Source: Acidobacteriota bacterium (GTDB taxonomy: Bacteria; Acidobacteriota; Polarisedimenticolia; Gp22-AA2). From it: DNA of 64,000 bases. Positions 16,236-25,525 of this stretch are shown one piece after another (within the stretch, counting starts at the first letter, position 1; every line of letters begins with the position of its first letter). The notes beneath the pieces are model-generated. The model saw only the letters and a program-made list of their open reading frames with translations. It made no database searches and was not told where the DNA came from. The stretch covers positions 21,031-85,030 of the forward strand of contig QHXX01000032.1 in the NCBI GenBank assembly GCA_003223135.1, written 5' to 3'. The translations under genes were made by a program, and so were the position numbers.

Positions 16236-17366
16236 GTGGAGCCGGTCACCCGGCTGGCCCGATTCCGCGACGGCGGGCGCATCTTTCACGCGCTCCTCCT
16301 GGATGACGACAGGGCGAAGGAGATCGAGGGCGATCCGTTCGTCGGAGGCCCCTTTGCCGCCGTGGCGCGCGATGCCACGGAGCAAGGCAAGCCGATCGCC
16401 TCGTGGGAGTGGTTGACCCCCTGTCTCCCGTCGAAGATCGTCGGCGTCGGCCGCAACTACCGGAACCACGCCGCCGAGCTGGGACATGCCGCTCCCGAGG
16501 AGCCGCTCCTGTTCCTCAAGCCCCCCTCGTCGCTCCTGCCCCCGGGCGGCACGATTCTCCTGCCGGAGGACAGCCGCCGCGTCGATTTCGAGGGCGAGCT
16601 CGTCGTCGGAGGCCCCTTTGCCGCCGTGGCGCGCGATGCCACGGAGCAAGGCAAGCCGATCGCCTCGTGGGAGTGGTTGACCCCCTGTCTCCCGTCGAAG
16701 ATCGTCGGCGTCGGCCGCAACTACCGGAACCACGCCGCCGAGCTGGGACATGCCGCTCCCGAGGAGCCGCTCCTGTTCCTCAAGCCCCCCTCGTCGCTCC
16801 TGCCCCCGGGCGGCACGATTCTCCTGCCGGAGGACAGCCGCCGCGTCGATTTCGAGGGCGAGCTCGGCGTGGTCATCGGCCGGGAGGCGCGGCACGTTCC
16901 CGAGACGGACGCCCTCCGGTACGTTCTGGGGTACACCTGCGTCAACGATGTCACGGCGCGCGATCTGCAGGAAGCCGACGTCCAGTTCAGCCGCGCCAAG
17001 GGGTTCGATTCGTTCTGCCCGTGCGGACCCTGCATCGCCATCGGGCTTCGTCCGGAGGACCTGGTGGTGGAGACGTTTGTCAACGGCGTGAGACGGCAAT
17101 CGTCCGCGGTCGCGCACATGATCTTCGGGGTCGCCCGCCTGGTCAGCTTCGTGTCGCGCGTCATGACGCTCGAGCCCGGCGATCTCATCGCGACCGGCAC
17201 CCCTGAAGGAGTGGGAGCGTTGGAACCCGGCGACGAAGTCACCGTGTCGATCGAGGGGATCGGGCGGCTCACCAACCGGGTGGGTGCGGATCGGTCGGGA
17301 CCATCATCCACGACGCAGCCTCCGGCGCCGCCCCGGGCGCACGCCGGGTCGCGAGGGGGCCGATGA
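16236..17366 (+). CDS. fumarylacetoacetate hydrolase (FAH) family protein carrying an internal 88-aa tandem duplication
   Basis: GTG start MEPVTRLARF. FAH motifs GVGRNYRNHAAE, LFLKPPSSLL, VDFEGELGVVIG and TGTPEGVG are present. The block VGGPFAAV...VDFEGEL appears twice consecutively. Confidence 0.8.
   Translation: MEPVTRLARFRDGGRIFHALLLDDDRAKEIEGDPFVGGPFAAVARDATEQGKPIASWEWLTPCLPSKIVGVGRNYRNHAAELGHAAPEEPLLFLKPPSSLLPPGGTILLPEDSRRVDFEGELVVGGPFAAVARDATEQGKPIASWEWLTPCLPSKIVGVGRNYRNHAAELGHAAPEEPLLFLKPPSSLLPPGGTILLPEDSRRVDFEGELGVVIGREARHVPETDALRYVLGYTCVNDVTARDLQEADVQFSRAKGFDSFCPCGPCIAIGLRPEDLVVETFVNGVRRQSSAVAHMIFGVARLVSFVSRVMTLEPGDLIATGTPEGVGALEPGDEVTVSIEGIGRLTNRVGADRSGPSSTTQPPAPPRAHAGSRGGR
16339..16866. 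repeat. perfect 264-bp direct tandem duplication (2 copies: about 16339-16602 and 16603-16866) inside the FAH gene
   Basis: The two copies are identical nucleotide for nucleotide. 264 = 88 codons, so the reading frame is preserved. Confidence 0.9.
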
Positions 17367-17501
17367 CCTTCGCGTCCGTCGTCTTCGTCGGTCTGTACGA
17401 CAGCCCTGGTCGCTCAGCGCAACCAGGTCGGCGACGCCCGGCAGCAGATCGGTCGTCGGCCCGATCCGAATGGACGGGCCCGACTTGAAGGCGACAGGTT
17501 T

Positions 17502-19277
17502 CTAGGCGATCGAAGCGGTCGGGTGCCCGGGAACACCGATCCGACCCGGGCGTGCCAGGCGTCGCGCCTGGAATCGTGCCACCGGGTCGTGCGGGTCGAG
17601 GGCGTGGGCGCGGTCAAAAGAGGCCGCAGCCTCCGCGCGGCGCCGCAACCGCAAAAGCGCGGTCCCGAGGAGCGTGTGCGCCAGGTGGAATGCGGGAACG
17701 TCCTCCGCGGCCGCGCGGTAGTGCTCGGCCGCCTCCGCGAAGCGCCTCCGGCGCATCGCCAGCGCCCCCAGACGCAGGCGCGCCCAGAGAGAGCGTGGGT
17801 TATCGCGCAGGATCGCCAAGTACTCCTGGCGCGCCCGGCCGAAAGCGCCACGGCGCTGCCAGTACTCGCCCGACGACAGACGAAGGGCGTAGCAGTCGCC
17901 CACCACGGCGCGCTGCCGCGCAAAGTCCTCCGGGCCATAGACCGAGAGGCGGCCGGTCCGACGCAGCGCGGCCGCGAGCCTCCGGATCGATCGCCGTGTC
18001 CAGGGGTCGTCCCGGACATAGTACGCCTCGCGGTGATCGCTCACCCAGTAGTCGTCGCCCAGCCCGAAGCGGATCTTCGCCTCCTCGTACAGCGCCGTGC
18101 CCGGGTAGACGGTCATCGGCGAGACCAGCCCGTCGTGCGGCCGGATCGCCTCGATCAGACCGATGGTTGCGGCGAGGTCCTCGTCGGTCTCCGAGTCAAT
18201 CCCGGTGATCAGGTAAATTGACAGACCAAGCCCGACTCTGCGGGTGGCGGCGGCCGCGGTGCGGATCTGCTCGATCGTGATCCCCTTGTTGAGTCGCTGC
18301 AGCATGCGTGGCGAGCCCGATTCGACACCATATTGGATGTGCGTGCAGCCGGCCCGCCGCATCCAGGCCAGGCGCTCCTCGTCCACGGCGTTCACCCGCG
18401 ACTGACAGTCCCACAGGAGATCGATCTTCCGATCGATCAACATCCGACAGAAGTCGATGACGCGCTTCTTGTTGACCGTGAATGTGTCGTCCCGCACCGA
18501 CACGTACACGACACCGTGCCTGTCACGCAGCAGACGCACCTCTTCGATCATGTTCTCGGCCGAGCGGAACCGCAGGGCGCGCCCCCAGAACTCGGGGGAG
18601 GAACAGAAAGTGCAGGCGGCCGGGCAGCCGCGCGACGTGATGATGAACTCGAACTGCGTCACCGGGTCGACACCGACGGCCGCCGGGTCGGCGGCCGGGT
18701 GAGGAAGCCGATCGAGGTCCACGATCACCGGCCGATCGGGCGTGTCGACGAAGACGATCCCCCGGTCCACCGTTGAGGGTGGATGGGAAGAAGACGGCGG
18801 TGCCGCGTGAGCCCCTGCCGACGCTCGGAAAGTGATCCCCGCGATCCGCGCCAGCGACCGTGGAGGGTCTCCGCGGCCGAGCGCCCGCACCAGGTCGAGC
18901 ATCGTCTCCTCCCCCTCGCCGCGCACGACGACGTCGATCTGGGGGTAGTGTGACAGGAGAGGGTGCGGCAGGTGCGTGGCGTGCGGGCCGCCGGCCGCGA
19001 TGAAGCACGAGGGGTTGGCGTCGCGCGCCAGCGCCGCCAGGCGCATCGCCTCGTGCCGATTGAAGGTAAACACCGACACACCGAGGATGTCCGGACGCTC
19101 CTTCTGGAAGAAGCGCGCGGTGTCCTTCCACGACCATGCGCTGCAGTTCACGATGCGCGAGTCGTACCCTTCGCGCCGCAAGAGCGCGTTGATGGACCCG
19201 AGTCCGAGCGGCGTAAAGCGGGAGTAGAACTCCATTTTCCCGAGGTCGTGGCAGGTATAGGCCAGAAGGATTTTCAC
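17502..19277 (-). CDS. B12-binding domain radical SAM protein with C-terminal TPR-like region
   Basis: N-terminal cobalamin-binding domain, then the radical SAM core (CPAACTFCSS) and an Ala/Arg-rich TPR-like tail. 591 aa. Confidence 0.8.
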   Translation of the reverse strand: MKILLAYTCHDLGKMEFYSRFTPLGLGSINALLRREGYDSRIVNCSAWSWKDTARFFQKERPDILGVSVFTFNRHEAMRLAALARDANPSCFIAAGGPHATHLPHPLLSHYPQIDVVVRGEGEETMLDLVRALGRGDPPRSLARIAGITFRASAGAHAAPPSSSHPPSTVDRGIVFVDTPDRPVIVDLDRLPHPAADPAAVGVDPVTQFEFIITSRGCPAACTFCSSPEFWGRALRFRSAENMIEEVRLLRDRHGVVYVSVRDDTFTVNKKRVIDFCRMLIDRKIDLLWDCQSRVNAVDEERLAWMRRAGCTHIQYGVESGSPRMLQRLNKGITIEQIRTAAAATRRVGLGLSIYLITGIDSETDEDLAATIGLIEAIRPHDGLVSPMTVYPGTALYEEAKIRFGLGDDYWVSDHREAYYVRDDPWTRRSIRRLAAALRRTGRLSVYGPEDFARQRAVVGDCYALRLSSGEYWQRRGAFGRARQEYLAILRDNPRSLWARLRLGALAMRRRRFAEAAEHYRAAAEDVPAFHLAHTLLGTALLRLRRRAEAAASFDRAHALDPHDPVARFQARRLARPGRIGVPGHPTASIA

Positions 19278-20182
19278 GCGGTTCTCCGCGCCCGGGTGAC
19301 GGCCGGGAAACCCATCAGTCGCTGCACTTCACGCGCCAGAACGGGCAGGCGCTCGTCCCGCAGCAGCGGGAACATCGTGCGCGCCCGGCGCAGGGCGGAG
19401 CGCTCCAGGTCACACACGACGAGGCTTTCTTCGAGGATCGGCCCCTCGGCGAGCGCCTCGCCGAACGGGTCGAAAACGCAGGATCCGCCTGCGAAGTTCA
19501 CCCCGTCCTCGAAGCCCACACGGTTGACGTACACGATGAACATGGTCTGCATCTGCGCGGTCACTTTGACCAGGTCTCTCCAGGTCGCCTGGCCGATCAG
19601 TCCCCGCCGCCGATCGACCCCCTCGGTCGGGCCGGCCGATATCACAAGCAGGTAGTCGGCGCCGTCCTGGGCGAGGATCAGGGCGGTCGACGGGTGCCAG
19701 AAATCCTCGCAGACGAGCAGTCCCATCCGGCCGAAGGGCGTGGGGAATGCTTCCAGGCGATCCCCGGCGGCGAAGAAACGTCCTTCGTCGAACATCCCGT
19801 AAGTCGGCAGGTAGACCTTGCGGTGCACATGGCAAGCCCGCCCCCCGGAAAGGAACACGGCGCTGTTGTGATAACGGTGCCCCTGCGTCTCCTCGACCAG
19901 GCCGACCACCATCGGGATCCGCCGACTCATGTCGAGAAGCGCTCTGATCCGCCCGGGCTCGTGGAGCGGGACCGCGACGTCCGCCACCAAGTCTTGAAGG
20001 GAATATCCGGTCAAGCTCAGCTCCGGGAAGATGAGCAGCTGGGCGCCCCTCCCAACGGCTCTGCGAGCCCAGACCAGGTGTCGGGCGACGTTCGCCTCGA
20101 AGTCCCCGAGGACGGGCTCCATCTGCGCCAGGGCGATCCGCAGTGGCGTGGGCCTTCGATGCAACGCGCGCCGCCGCGCCAT
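19274..20182 (-). CDS. carbon-nitrogen hydrolase (nitrilase superfamily)
   Basis: Start MARRRALHRRPTPLRIALAQM, with LLIFPELSLTGY (catalytic Glu), RKVYLP (Lys) and LLVCEDFWHP (Cys). It overlaps the downstream radical SAM start by 4 nt. Confidence 0.75.
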   Translation of the reverse strand: MARRRALHRRPTPLRIALAQMEPVLGDFEANVARHLVWARRAVGRGAQLLIFPELSLTGYSLQDLVADVAVPLHEPGRIRALLDMSRRIPMVVGLVEETQGHRYHNSAVFLSGGRACHVHRKVYLPTYGMFDEGRFFAAGDRLEAFPTPFGRMGLLVCEDFWHPSTALILAQDGADYLLVISAGPTEGVDRRRGLIGQATWRDLVKVTAQMQTMFIVYVNRVGFEDGVNFAGGSCVFDPFGEALAEGPILEESLVVCDLERSALRRARTMFPLLRDERLPVLAREVQRLMGFPAVTRARRTA

Positions 20183-20334
20183 GATAAGAAGCCCCTCCAC
20201 TCGATCTTGAGGCGCGGATCGTAGCACACCGGCGTCGGTGAAACAATGCAAGTGTCCCGTTTTCTTTACTTTGGCCATACCATCTGGTAGCATGACCGGG
20301 CTTCTCAGACGAGGGCCCAAGACCGGGAAGCGCG

Positions 20335-21144
20335 ATGATCCGTAAAGCCGCCGTGGCCGGTCAGTTCTACTCGGCCAACCCGGAGACGCTCCGGAACGAT
20401 CTGGTCGCGCTGACGCAGGGAATGTCCCCTCCGGCGGAACCGCGCGGCCTTGCGTTGATGGTGCCGCACGCCGGCTACAAGTATTCGGGAAGAGTGGCGG
20501 GGGAGACGTATACCGCCGCGCGCCTTGCGAAGCGTGCCGTCATCCTCTGCCCGAACCATACGGGCCTGGGAGAGGCCATCGCGGTCAACGATGAGGGCCA
20601 TTGGGAGACGCCGCTCGGCCGGATCCCGATCGACGCCTCCCTGGCGCGCGCCGTCCTTGCCGGCTGCCGGGAGGCGCGAGTCGACTGGGCGGCGCACAGC
20701 CGCGAGCACTCCCTGGAAGTGCAGCTGCCCTTTCTGCAGCACCTCCTGGGCGACCCGACCATCGTGCCGATCTGCGTCGGGACACTGAATCTTCGAGCGC
20801 TCCTCGACCTGGGGCGGGCGGTCTCTTCGGCCGTCGAGCAGGATGGGGGAGACGTCCTGCTGATCATCAGCAGCGATATGTCGCACTACGTCCCGGCGAC
20901 GGTCGCCAGAAAGCAGGACCATAAGGCGATCGAGCGCGTCGTGGCGCTCGATCCAGAAGGGCTCCACCGGATCGTCCTCGAGGAGGAGATCAGCATGTGC
21001 GGGATGGCACCCGCGGTCGCGGGTCTGGAAGCCGCCCGGAGGCTCGGGGCCGGACAAGCGCGGCTCGTCGCCTACGGCCACTCCGGTGAGACGACGGGGG
21101 ATTCGCGCTCTGTCGTCGGGTACGCCGGCGTCGTCGTCACCTGA
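20335..21144 (+). CDS. MEMO1-family protein (AmmeMemoRadiSam system protein B-like)
   Basis: AGQFY, VPHAGYKYSG, CPNHTG, LEVQLPFLQ and SSDMSHY motifs. Confidence 0.8.
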   Translation: MIRKAAVAGQFYSANPETLRNDLVALTQGMSPPAEPRGLALMVPHAGYKYSGRVAGETYTAARLAKRAVILCPNHTGLGEAIAVNDEGHWETPLGRIPIDASLARAVLAGCREARVDWAAHSREHSLEVQLPFLQHLLGDPTIVPICVGTLNLRALLDLGRAVSSAVEQDGGDVLLIISSDMSHYVPATVARKQDHKAIERVVALDPEGLHRIVLEEEISMCGMAPAVAGLEAARRLGAGQARLVAYGHSGETTGDSRSVVGYAGVVVT

Positions 21145-21150
21145 CCGCGC

Positions 21151-22782
21151 ATGCGTGCCGCCCCGAAGGCCGGTCTCGGGCTGCTCCTCCTGGCCGCCCT
21201 CTGCGGGAGCGCCGCGGCGAAGCAGGAGCCGGCCGCGACGCCCACCCCCCAGCCCGCTGAGCGCCAGCGCATGCTCGTCGGCAAAGGTCCGGGCGGTAAG
21301 ACCGTGGAGATCGCGGTCGGCCCGGGTTCGATCTTCGGCAAGGACGAATTCATCCTCAAGGAATACGTCGACATCAAGTACGGCGACACCCGTCTGCAGG
21401 CGGACTACGTCCGCTACGTTCCGTCCACCAAGGACGTGACCGCGCTGGGAAACGTCATCCTCGATCAAGGAACGTCGCGCATGACCGCCGACAAGATCAC
21501 GTACAACCTGGACAGCGAGACCGGAACCTTCTACTCGGCCCGGGGCTACACCGAGCCGTCGTACTACTTCGAAGCGGAGACTGTCGAGAAGATTTCCAAG
21601 GACGAAATGGTCCTGCACAATGCGACATTCACCGCGTGCACGCAGCCGGTGCCTTACTGGAGCTTCAAGATCAGCAGCGCCCTCATCCGGCAGGACAACT
21701 ATGCCTACCTGCACAATCCGCGTTTCAAGATCGGGCACGCCATCGTCTTCTACTCCCCGTATCTTGTCTGGCCGGTGAAATCCGACCGGGCCTCCGGCCT
21801 GCTGTTTCCCGAATTCGGCTTCTCGCAACGCAGCGGCACCATCATCAGCAACGCCCTCTACTGGGCGATTCGCCGGAACATGGACGCCACGTTCTATCTT
21901 GATTACATGTCGCTCGCCGGGTACGGCACCGGGCTGGAGTATCGCTACGTGCCGAGCGAAAGCGGTCGAGGCTACTTCACCGGTTATTTCATCCGCGACC
22001 AGATCGCGAAGCAAGCGGAGGAATCCGGTGTCCCCACCGATCGCTGGGTCATCAACTACGGGCACAACCAGACCTTCGCTCCGGGCTGGAAGCTGGTCGC
22101 GACCGCGAACTTCATCAGCGATTTCGACTATTACCGCGACTTCGAACGAGATTTGAGGCTCTCGACGAACCCGCAGGCGGTCAGCGACCTGTTCGTGACC
22201 CGGACCTGGGGGTTCTACTCTTTGAACCTCCGGGGACAGCGCCGCGAGCAGCTGGTCAACGTGACCATCCCGCCCACCCTGAACGGTCCCTTCTTCCAGA
22301 CCGAGGAGGAGTCGATCACCCGGTGGATGAGGCCGGAGATCGAGCTCCGCGGCCGACGACAGCGGCTGGGCACCTTGCCCCTGTTCCTGACGCTCGAGTC
22401 CTCCGCCGATCTTTTCACCAAGGGCACACCGGGAGCGGAGTACGGTCGCTTCGACCTGTTCCCGGTGTTCTCCTCGCAGCTGTCTCCCGTGCCCTGGGTG
22501 GACGTGAACGCCAGCTTCGGTTTCCGCGACACCTATTACACGAAGAGCCAGCGTAGCGATCTGGGCTGCGACAACCGCCCGGGCACGGGCGGCTTCGGCG
22601 AGGGGAACGGGATCGTGGACGCGGAGCACGACGAAAACCAGAACGGCATCTTCGACGCCGCGGATGACCTCGGCTGTGACAATCTGCCGGGCACGGGGGA
22701 TTACGGGGAGGGAAACGGCGTCCTGGACAGCGAGACGACGTTGATGAGATCGACTTCGTCAGCGGCAACAGCAACAGCGTAA
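21151..22782 (+). CDS. lptD: LPS-assembly protein LptD, N-terminal/central part (gene frameshifted near 22735)
   Basis: Signal peptide and OstA-like N-terminal domain. It ends after two tandem Ca-binding-like motifs, DLGCDN[RL]PGTG..GEGNG[IV][VL]D. Confidence 0.75.
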   Translation: MRAAPKAGLGLLLLAALCGSAAAKQEPAATPTPQPAERQRMLVGKGPGGKTVEIAVGPGSIFGKDEFILKEYVDIKYGDTRLQADYVRYVPSTKDVTALGNVILDQGTSRMTADKITYNLDSETGTFYSARGYTEPSYYFEAETVEKISKDEMVLHNATFTACTQPVPYWSFKISSALIRQDNYAYLHNPRFKIGHAIVFYSPYLVWPVKSDRASGLLFPEFGFSQRSGTIISNALYWAIRRNMDATFYLDYMSLAGYGTGLEYRYVPSESGRGYFTGYFIRDQIAKQAEESGVPTDRWVINYGHNQTFAPGWKLVATANFISDFDYYRDFERDLRLSTNPQAVSDLFVTRTWGFYSLNLRGQRREQLVNVTIPPTLNGPFFQTEEESITRWMRPEIELRGRRQRLGTLPLFLTLESSADLFTKGTPGAEYGRFDLFPVFSSQLSPVPWVDVNASFGFRDTYYTKSQRSDLGCDNRPGTGGFGEGNGIVDAEHDENQNGIFDAADDLGCDNLPGTGDYGEGNGVLDSETTLMRSTSSAATATA

Positions 22783-22802
22783 CCTACGCCCTGGTCACCC
22801 GG

Positions 22803-23642
22803 TTGTTCGCCAAGAGACCGGTAGGGGGGGCCGAGCAGATGGGCCAGCTGTTCGGGCCCCAGAACTCGACCTTCGTGGGCGGTGGACGATTCGATCCGTA
22901 CGCCAAGAGCCGCGAGGCCCTGCAGCGCCTGCAGAAGGAACAACAGGCGGGCGGAGCGTCCCAGGAGTCCAAGGAGAAGGAGGAAGAGAAGAAGCGCCTC
23001 AGCACGGTCGAGATCGCCACGCTCGAGATCAGCCAGGATTACTCGTTCCTGGGGCCGCTGAGCCTGTCAACGGGACTGGGATTCCCCGACCCGCCAGTCG
23101 AGAGCCACTTCGGACCGGTGCGCACGACGCTGCGCATCAATCCCTCGATCCACACCAGCGTCGACGTGCGAAGCGACTATGATATTCTGTTCCGCCAGAT
23201 CCGGGAGGCGAGCCTGAGCGCCAACCTGCGCAACGCGCGGCGCGGGTTTCTCGACGTCACTTGGTCCATGGTCCGCGACCTCGAGGGGCGCGCCCTTCTG
23301 GAGAAGGGAATCGGTTTCAGCCAGCCGTTCGACCAGAACCAGATCGGCCTGCAGGGAGAGACCAGCTTCTGGGGCCGCAAGTTCCTGGTCGGCATGCAGA
23401 CGAATTACGAGCTGGGGTCCATCCTGCCGGGCGAGCCGCGTCTCCGGGACCAGCGGTACCGCTTCGGGTACAACACGCAGTGCTGCGGCTTCCAGCTCGA
23501 AGTCCTCAATCGCAACTTCGTCGGCTCCAGTCAGCGCGAATTCCGCTTCCTGATCAATCTCAAGGGTGTGGGAAACGTGATCGATTTCCAGTCGGGATCC
23601 GTCGGGGCGCTGCCCGGGACCTTCCCGGGGATCGTGCCGTGA
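22803..23642 (+). CDS. lptD: LptD C-terminal part (frame open from 22680, continues the previous ORF after a frameshift)
   Basis: The upstream in-frame extension reads ...DDVDEIDFVSGNSNSVTYALVTRLFAKRPV..., and the ORF then reads YRFGYNTQCCGFQLEVLNRNF (LptD C-terminal barrel). Combined length of about 820 aa is typical for LptD. Confidence 0.7.
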   Translation: MFAKRPVGGAEQMGQLFGPQNSTFVGGGRFDPYAKSREALQRLQKEQQAGGASQESKEKEEEKKRLSTVEIATLEISQDYSFLGPLSLSTGLGFPDPPVESHFGPVRTTLRINPSIHTSVDVRSDYDILFRQIREASLSANLRNARRGFLDVTWSMVRDLEGRALLEKGIGFSQPFDQNQIGLQGETSFWGRKFLVGMQTNYELGSILPGEPRLRDQRYRFGYNTQCCGFQLEVLNRNFVGSSQREFRFLINLKGVGNVIDFQSGSVGALPGTFPGIVP

Positions 23643-24520
23643 GCGGCTCACCGTCCAGGGTCGCCCTCGTTCTGGGGGCCGGCGGCATGCTGGGGCGGGC
23701 CGTCACGGAGACACTGGAACGGGCGTTCCCGGGAACGGTTTCGGCCACACGCTGGGAGGTTGACGTGACCGATCGTTTCCGACTGGATGCGGAAGTCGAA
23801 AGGTTGCGGCCCGATCTGGTCGTCAACTGCGCCGCGTACACCGATGTCGATGGGTGCGAGATCGACAGGGATCGGGCTCGTCGGGTGAACGCCGAGGGTG
23901 CGGAAAACGCGGCACGGGCCGCCGCCGCGGCCGGATGCCCCATCGTTCACGTCAGCACCGACTTCGTCTTCGATGGCCGCAAGGGGGCTCCCTACTCGGA
24001 GGACGATCCGCCCTCCCCGCTGTCGGAATACGGCCGCAGCAAGTACGACGGGGAGCGACGCGTCGCGGCGGCGACGCCGGAGCATCTGATCGTGCGGACG
24101 TCGTGGCTGTACGGACCGGGGCGCGGCAACTTCGTGGACTCAATCCGCGCGCGCGCCCGCAATGGCGGGACACTGCGGGTCGTGGACGATCAGTTCGGAT
24201 CGCCGACCTACGTCGCCGACCTGGCACGGGCGCTGCACCATCTCGTGCTCAGGAACGCCAGGGGCCTGGTGCATTTCGCCAATGCGGGCGCGTGCTCGCG
24301 CTACGCCCTGGCGCAGGCAGTCCTTTCGGTCTCCGGCATGAGCCACGTCAGGCTCGAGCCGATCCGGACCGACGAGGCCGGCCGGATCGCCATCCGCCCT
24401 GCGTACGCCGCCCTCGACACGTCGCGTTATGCGAGCCTCATCGGCGAGGGGCCACGCCCCTGGGAGGAGGCCCTGCGCGACTATCTCGACGCGGACCGGT
24501 CGCGAGCCGGGGGCGGATGA
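23639..24520 (+). CDS. rfbD: dTDP-4-dehydrorhamnose reductase RmlD
   Basis: GTG start overlapping the lptD stop. VALVLGAGGMLG Rossmann motif, YGRSK catalytic motif and an RmlD-like C-terminus. Confidence 0.8.
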   Translation: MSGSPSRVALVLGAGGMLGRAVTETLERAFPGTVSATRWEVDVTDRFRLDAEVERLRPDLVVNCAAYTDVDGCEIDRDRARRVNAEGAENAARAAAAAGCPIVHVSTDFVFDGRKGAPYSEDDPPSPLSEYGRSKYDGERRVAAATPEHLIVRTSWLYGPGRGNFVDSIRARARNGGTLRVVDDQFGSPTYVADLARALHHLVLRNARGLVHFANAGACSRYALAQAVLSVSGMSHVRLEPIRTDEAGRIAIRPAYAALDTSRYASLIGEGPRPWEEALRDYLDADRSRAGGG

Positions 24521-25518
24521 AGGTTCTGGTCACCGGAGCCACCGGGTATCTCGGTGGCCACGTCGCGGCCCGCCTCGCCTCGGCAGGGCATCGCGTCCTC
24601 GCCTTGGCGCGGCCCGGACGCGAGGCGAGCGTTCCGGCCGGCTGCCGCCCGGTTGTCGGTGACGTCCTTGATCCCGCCTCACTGGACCGGGCCCTCGACG
24701 GGTGCGACGCGCTCGTCCACATGGCGGCGCTGGTCAAGATGTGGGTCAAGGACCGGCGCGAGTTCCACCGCGTGAACGTCGAGGGGCTCGGCGCCGCCCT
24801 GCGGGCGGCGGAGCGCTGTGGTGTGCGGCGCATTCTCTACACCTCCACCATCGGCGCGCTCGGTCCGACCGGCCCGGAGCCCCGCGACGAGACGAGCGAG
24901 CGGACCGAGTTCCGTTTTTGCACCGATTACGAGCGCTCGAAGTGGGTCGCCGAGCTGATGGCGCGCGAGCGGGCGGCGAACGGCCTCCCGGTCATCACGG
25001 TCTACCCGGGCGTGGTCTATGGCATCGGGGCGATGACGCAGGGCAATCTTCTCGACCGGGTCTTCCGCGACTACCTGGCGGGCCGACTGAAGGTTCGACT
25101 CGGGAGCGCGCCGAGCCGGATCTGTTACGCCTGGGCGGACGATGTGGCCGAAGGACACCGTCTTGCGCTCGATAAGGGGGAGGCGGGGAGGGGCTATATC
25201 CTGGGCGGAGAGAATGTCAGCCAGGACGAGCTGTTTGGCCTGCTACACGAGCTGACCGGCCTGCGGCCGCCGCGCGTCGCGGTTCCATTCTGGGCCGCGA
25301 CGACCGCCGGCAAGGCGATGCGCTCCTGGGCGCGGCTGACGGGCCGGCCTCCCGCATTTACGGACGGGGCGATCGCAACCTTCCGGTTTCACTGGGCCTA
25401 TTCGAGCGGCCGGGCCATCCGCGAGCTCGGGTATCGGGTCACGCCCCTCCGCGAGGGGCTTCGCCTGACGCTCGCGGCGCTACGATTGCAGGAGGCTGCC
25501 CGGGCCGGGGCGGGGTGA
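24517..25518 (+). CDS. NAD-dependent epimerase/dehydratase (SDR family, HpnA/dihydroflavonol-reductase-like)
   Basis: ATG overlaps the rmlD stop (ATGA). MKVLVTGATGYLGGHV and the YERSK catalytic motif. Confidence 0.75.
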   Translation: MKVLVTGATGYLGGHVAARLASAGHRVLALARPGREASVPAGCRPVVGDVLDPASLDRALDGCDALVHMAALVKMWVKDRREFHRVNVEGLGAALRAAERCGVRRILYTSTIGALGPTGPEPRDETSERTEFRFCTDYERSKWVAELMARERAANGLPVITVYPGVVYGIGAMTQGNLLDRVFRDYLAGRLKVRLGSAPSRICYAWADDVAEGHRLALDKGEAGRGYILGGENVSQDELFGLLHELTGLRPPRVAVPFWAATTAGKAMRSWARLTGRPPAFTDGAIATFRFHWAYSSGRAIRELGYRVTPLREGLRLTLAALRLQEAARAGAG

Positions 25519-25525
25519 GGGGCGG

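Noticed and set aside
15504-17117. Long minus-strand ORF (537 aa) antisense to efp/FAH that itself contains an internal protein repeat
   Set aside because: It is the reverse strand of real genes; the repeat is just the antisense image of the 264-bp tandem duplication. The composition is Arg/Ala-rich, typical of high-GC spurious ORFs.
20305-22629. 774-aa minus-strand ORF, plus many other long antisense or alternate-frame ORFs (4767-6095, 3508-4861, 10691-11881, 11535-12662, 12394-13179, 23067-23651, 31946-33469, 36490-38280, 38452-40323, 44795-45916, 46222-47304, 52637-53401, 57944-59200, 60886-62022)
   Set aside because: They overlap well-supported genes on the opposite strand or frame and have low third-position GC bias. 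They are Arg/Pro/Gly-rich, which is the expected artefact of about 68% GC DNA lacking stop codons.
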